This document shows positions 58,464 to 64,000 of a stretch of 64,000 bases of DNA, piece by piece. The notes under the pieces were generated by a model. The model worked only from the letters and a program-made list of their open reading frames with translations. It searched no databases and was not told the DNA's origin. Every line of letters begins with the position of its first letter. Positions within the stretch are counted from its first letter, which is position 1. A program made the position numbers and the translations under genes. The stretch is from Macrostomum lignano (lineage: Eukaryota): NCBI GenBank assembly GCA_002269645.1, contig NIVC01001416.1, positions 1 through 64,000 on the forward strand. The letters are read 5' to 3'.

Positions 58464-59860
58464 AAAGAGAATGAAAGTTTGACTTTTAGAAATTTCGAGA
58501 AAGTTCGCGTCTGCACCAGAATGGTAAATTGCAGAATGAGCTGTAGATTCCACTAACTTTAAGTAAAGTGCAGTGAAGTGCACTAGATCTATATATAGGT
58601 CAGGCTACAATTAAAGCTAAAACAGAAGGAAATGTTTATTATATAATATAGTTCCATCATAGTATCTACTATCTCCATAATATAAGACTTGAAGATTTAT
58701 ACCTAATACAAATTGCTACCAATAGGATATAAATGAAATATATAAACTAATTATAACTATACTATAGCTTATTATAATCTATTTAGACATTTAGAGCTAT
58801 GGTCATCTTGGTGTGTGGCTATCTTGGACTCTTGGTCATATGCCAGAACCATCTCTAGTTCAGTTGCCATAAATTGGCATAATGCAAATCCAGAATCATA
58901 CAATAAATTTCTTTATATATCTTTTTCATATAGTTATATTGCTAATTTGCTATAATCTATAGCTAAATGTATTTTCATTTTAGCTATTCTAATCTAACTA
59001 GAATAGCTATTCTATTCTAAAAATTACAATTTTTGTCTTATATTTAATGTTTTATTTCAAGTTAGTAGAATCTGTCATTCTAAAATGTATTATTCCACTG
59101 TGCACAGATTCTGCATTTTATTGTGCTATTCCATTCCAATTCTTATAGATTTTGCATTTTACTAGGTATTTTTTATAATACTAGGCCTAGCTAGGCAACT
59201 TTCTAAAAAAGTAGGTCTAAAGATTAAAGAATATAGCATTATTTAATTTTGCAATACTTGCAATTATAATTGATTCAATAAGTTGCATTGCTTTCATTTT
59301 AAAAGAAATACTCCATATTAATTCAAGAATATTTGCCTTTATTAGAGACTTAAATAAGGGTCTCTTAACTAGGGGTATAGCCAAGGGGGCATCAGGAACA
59401 TACATATGCAACCCCCCTGATTTACACTAGCCATGCAACTTACTTTTTGACCAAAAATGCAATTTACCCGTGAAAGAAAACCTAACACAATTTTAGGTAA
59501 ATGGCAAGAGTAACTATGACTATATTATAAGGGCTAAATGCCTCATCATCTAATTAGTACTATGTCTGTATTCTTTAGGCTAGGCCTAGGCATTTTTGCA
59601 ACTTATCCCTGGTCTATCACAATTTATGGTGGCCAGATTGGCTAGGTCGGCCAGCAATTGCGCATGCATGATCAGGAACTTTGCAATGTAAATGTAATCA
59701 ATTGAATTTAAGAATAAAAAGCAAAATAATCTATAGGGTTCTGCTATAACCAAATTTTTCCTGTATCCATATCTATAGTCATCTCAAATATTTTCCATAG
59801 CCTATCCATATCTATAGCTAGTAAACTTTCTATAACTGTTATACAATGTCACATGCTTGG

Positions 59861-60016
59861 GCGCAACCTTGGGATTCACTCGGCCATTTCTATTGGCAAC
59901 ATACACATGTAAGTCGCTATTGGCTGAGAGTAGTCACGTGACTACTATTCTGTCCAATAGCAACATACATGTGTGTGTTGCCAATAGAAACAGCCGAGTG
60001 ATTCCCAAGGTTGCGC
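59861..60016. repeat. 156-bp near-perfect palindrome centred on agtagtcacgtgactact
   Basis: gcgcaaccttgggattcactcggc..tttctattggcaaca ... tgttgccaatagaaacagccgagtgattcccaaggttgcgc. Confidence 0.88.
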
Positions 60017-62290
60017 ATGTATGCAATGTCAAGACCTAGACCTTGATAGATGCCCTAAAGAGGCAGCTAGATGCTGCATGTGATATTTAGAGTATGTAGC
60101 AGTCTAGATAGCAAGACCAATGCCACATTCTATATGAGGGCACACCTGATGCAACCTTCTGACCTGCTATGCAGGCGACAACTTCAACTAGCTAGCCATG
60201 TCATCCAGTTTAAGACCTGCTGCCTTGTTAGAGACCTATATAAAGTGATGAGCACTTGATCAAGCTGTAGGGACTACCCAAGCAAGGCCAAAAGCAAATG
60301 TCCTTTCTTCCATCCCTTCTTCCCTCCTCTCCCATCTTTCCTTCCCTCTCCCCTCTCTTTCCTCCCCTCTTCCCTCTCCTCTCTCCCCTCTTTTCTTTCC
60401 CCTTCTCACTAGTTTCTCTATCTCTCCTCTCTTCTTTTTCTTCATTCTTTCCTTTTGTATTATTTAAGTAACTAAATTAACAAAATCTCCAATTCCTACC
60501 AATAGGTAGGAATTATCTTGGAATTACCTACCAATATCTGCGGCAGCGATGGCCTACTTATCAGTTGGTTTTCAAGAAGCCTCCTTTGCAATCTAGCCTT
60601 CTTTGATAGTGGTAGATGCTAGGCAGCTTCCTTATCATCTTTATTCATCCTAACTTAAGCCCCTACCATCCCAACAACAATGTGCATATGATGTCAAAAG
60701 TGTTGTTTTTTGATCCCAGGGACTTAAGAGCTCCTTTGTATTGAAAGTGATAATATATCTTAACTTTATTGCCCTATTCCAACCTCAATGTGCATGTAGT
60801 GTCAAACATTTCTGTCTTTGTTGCTTAAGTCCCTGATTCTAGCAACTTGAGAATTCCCTTCATATTGAAAATGAAAAGATTCATCTTAAATTTAGCCCCT
60901 AACATCCCAACCCTATCCTAGTCCCCGACTCTAGGGAATTAGAAATCCCTTCAAAAGTGAAAATATTCATCTAAACTTTAGCCCTACCACCCAATCCTAA
61001 TGTACATATGGCATCAAAACTCTCTATTGTTTAAATCCCCAAATCCACAAAATTAGGAGCTCCCCCTAGGCCTGCATTGAAAGTTAAATCTTTCATTTTA
61101 TAGCCCTTACCCATAGTCAGGAAGGAGGCCTACATAACAATTTTTTTGGGCATACATTTGATTATGGCTGACAAACTTGGCATATACACTGGTGACACTA
61201 GCATACATTTTTACTTCTGTCACTACCTGGAATACAATATTTACCAAATGTAATTTTAACATAAAGGTAAGAATAATAAAGTGTAAAAAATGAAAAATGT
61301 TATTTTTTTTAAAACATATAGTTTAATATTGCAAAACTTTTAAACTAAAAATCAATTAGTATAAAATACAATAAATAAAGCATTAGTTTTTATTTTTGTT
61401 TTAAAAAGTGACTGCATAAAATTTTAAAATAAAGAATGCTTAATTTTCGTTTTTGTATGATATAGTGAATTCAGCTAAGTTTAAGTCATTAGTTATCATT
61501 GCACACCATGCACACAAGCTTTCTGTTCTGCAAAACTCTTTTTTTCTGTGTACATGTTAGGAAACACTTGGTAAAATGTTAGAAAAGCATTGAATTTTTA
61601 GGAAAAAATCATAAAGTTAAATGACTTTATTAAGAATAGCTTGTCTAAGTTTAATGACCTTTTTAAGAAAAGTTTGGCATACACTTACATTTTTGGCATA
61701 TAATCAGCCATCCCCAAAAATCACTCCGGCATACACCTGCCACCTTCTTGCCTATGGGCCTTTACCAGGCTACTACCCAACCATAGTGTGTATGTGGCAT
61801 TGAAACACTTTGTTGCTAAGTCCCCAAATCCATGCAGGGACTTAAGAGCTACCCTTTGAAAGTAAAAACATTCATCTTAACCTAAGCCCTTACCACCCAA
61901 TCACAACATGGACATGGCATTGGCAATCTATGTTGATGCTTAAGTCCTAACTTCTAGTCCAGGGACTTATAAGTTTCCTTCACTTTGAAACTAGCAACAT
62001 TCATTTATTTCTACTACCCTAACCCTATCAAATCAATAGCTCCAATGGTCTTTCAATTCTCAATTGAGTGCTATTACTAGATATGGGAAATATATGTTCT
62101 AGTAACCATATCCACTGTATCCATATGCTTTGCCAAAAAACCTCCATATCTGTAACTTCCCATAGCAGTATCTATAGCTACAGTGGAACTCTAATAATTA
62201 ATATATATATAAAAAAGTATGTTTATAGAGAAAAAAGACTTTACATAATATATATATGTAATTATGTATATGTAATTATATGTAATTATG

Positions 62291-62331
<41 letters not shown>

Positions 62332-63171
62332 GGCTTTCATTAGGATAATAATAAACTATGCCATATTTTCTTTGAAAACACAAGTAAGAAAGTATACTTT
62401 AAATTTTAACAAAATTATTATTCTTTTTTTCAACATATTAGCTTTGTTCTCATTAGTTAGAAAGCAACCTTTTAACAGGTTAAATTATGTTTAGTTACAA
62501 GATAATAGAAATAAAAAATAATAATAATATAAATAATGACTAAAATGTTTTTTATAGTCTTCTCTACACATTTTAGGCTTAAGGCTAACTTTTATATGTA
62601 GTGTTACAAAGATTCAGGCTATTGTGCTTATGCTTATATTAATTAGACTTTTTTATCAGTATAGATAAAGGATAAAAAGCTTTAAAATGTTATATTAGGC
62701 TAGGCATGCACATTGGTTAAATAAAGAAAATTTACTTTATTTATATACATATATATATATATATAAGTATATAATGGACAAAGTATGTTCCAAAAAGTTG
62801 AAATTTAGATAAAAAAGTTTTATAACTTTTTATTATTTGACCAATTGTCAAAAGTAAGGTGTATTCTACTTAGGCACATGAAATTCATAAAATAGAATTA
62901 AAAAATACAAAAAAACTTAAAATCTCATCAGATTTGTTACCTTTGTCTTATTCTTATTTGTTTTAATTATTGAGTCTTATAGCAACTATAAGTTGTATTT
63001 TTCCTGTTTTAGATGCTAAAATTTCTGGTGTCATTCATGCTATTGTTTTTATTGCAACAAATAAACCATTAACTAAGATAGTTATGATTTTCCTGGACTT
63101 ATAACTAATTTGCATTGTGTTAGCAGTATACAACCATACAATTTGCTGCTAAAAGATAGTAAAATTTCACC

Positions 63172-63529
63172 ATGAGTGCTGACAGTCATGTGCACTTTGA
63201 CCCGAGCCAACTTCCTCATCACAATCTGGAGATTATAGTTGAGCAAAACAGCATCGACGACGCCATGGATGTTCACCTTGGCTTCCTGCAGGTTGATCAC
63301 ATTTATAGCATTGAAGTGCCAATCAGCCACAGCCTTGGCCAAAATGTGCAGTGTAGTCAGAATTTATTTGTCCGACTGTTGAATGTGCAAGCCTCATCTG
63401 AGCCTGACTTGGACACATTCACCTTTGAGTTGTTTGCTCATAAAGAGAGACTTATGCAAGAGGTGGCTGTGCTTGAAAATCCTGACACTGGCAAGAGTAT
63501 GGCGGTGAAATTTCACGCCAGAGTGCTTG
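63172..63529 (+). CDS. C20orf27: UPF0687 / C20orf27 (ADISSP)-like protein, first coding exon; the remainder was not found in the window
   Basis: SHVHFD, VHLGFLQVDHIYSI, AHKERLMQE and VKFHARVL align with human SHVHFD, VKVGFLKILHRYEI, AHKEGVLKE and VTVQARVM; donor cttg|gtgagt at 63529. Confidence 0.85.
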
Positions 63530-64000
63530 GTGAGTATCGCTTTTACTGTAATATTGTGAGGAAGTAAAGAATGAGAACAATAGTTTAACCTATCACTCAT
63601 TAACAGTGTCTTACTTATTTATTACATAAGAAGAATGGCTGGGGCTGCATTCATCTTAACTTAAGCCCCCACCCATAAAAATAAAGGCTCCAATGGTCTT
63701 TCAAGTCTTTTAAGTCTCAGATATGGGGAACTAGATATGTTACATAATCTGTATGTTATCTGTCTTAAAAATCTGCTGTGTCCATAACTTCCTATATAGT
63801 TGTATCTGTATTATTTAGCACCTTAACTCTAGTAGGTAGGTAGCTAGGCGTAGTAGAAGTGGTCGATACAAAGAACTGTCTATGGCTAAAACTCTATTAA
63901 CTGTCTGGAACTTTCTGAAGTTTATTTATAGAAAAATAGTCTATGGTAGTTGGTGGGGGCTCCGCCCATTTATGAAGGAGTAGCAAGGACCCAAGTGTCT

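Overview
Eukaryotic (metazoan) genomic DNA with GT-AG introns, GC-rich exons in AT-rich spacers and a heavy load of minisatellites and transposons. The composition is reminiscent of a flatworm such as Macrostomum, which is an inference and not provable from this window. There are no prokaryotic features and no CRISPR. Host genes in 1-18.7 kb: an RIIa/Sp17-type D/D-domain exon (-), a 4-exon CRIB-motif CDC42 small effector-like gene (+), a 2-exon stathmin-like gene (-) and two convergent secreted Kazal inhibitor genes. A C20orf27/ADISSP-like exon lies at 63.2 kb. The middle (~18.8-55.2 kb) is a tandem triplication in units of ~20, ~12 and ~4.3 kb. Each unit carries a 3-exon gene for a secreted PAN/apple + five Trp-rich thrombospondin-like repeat protein. 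Copy 2 is intact (409 aa), copy 1 lost its PAN core by deletion, and copy 3 has a TGG>TAG stop. In every copy intron 1 is largely a 31-bp minisatellite whose unit is the exon end plus the 5' splice site, i.e. an array of about 8-22 tandem donor-containing units. The units differ by nested insertions: a P-element-like THAP transposon inside a hAT-like element, two solo LTRs, piggyBac fragments with complementary deletions, CORE-type SINEs, MITEs, a 22-bp satellite and a nested inverted duplication. All coordinates were counted by hand and may be off by a few bases.
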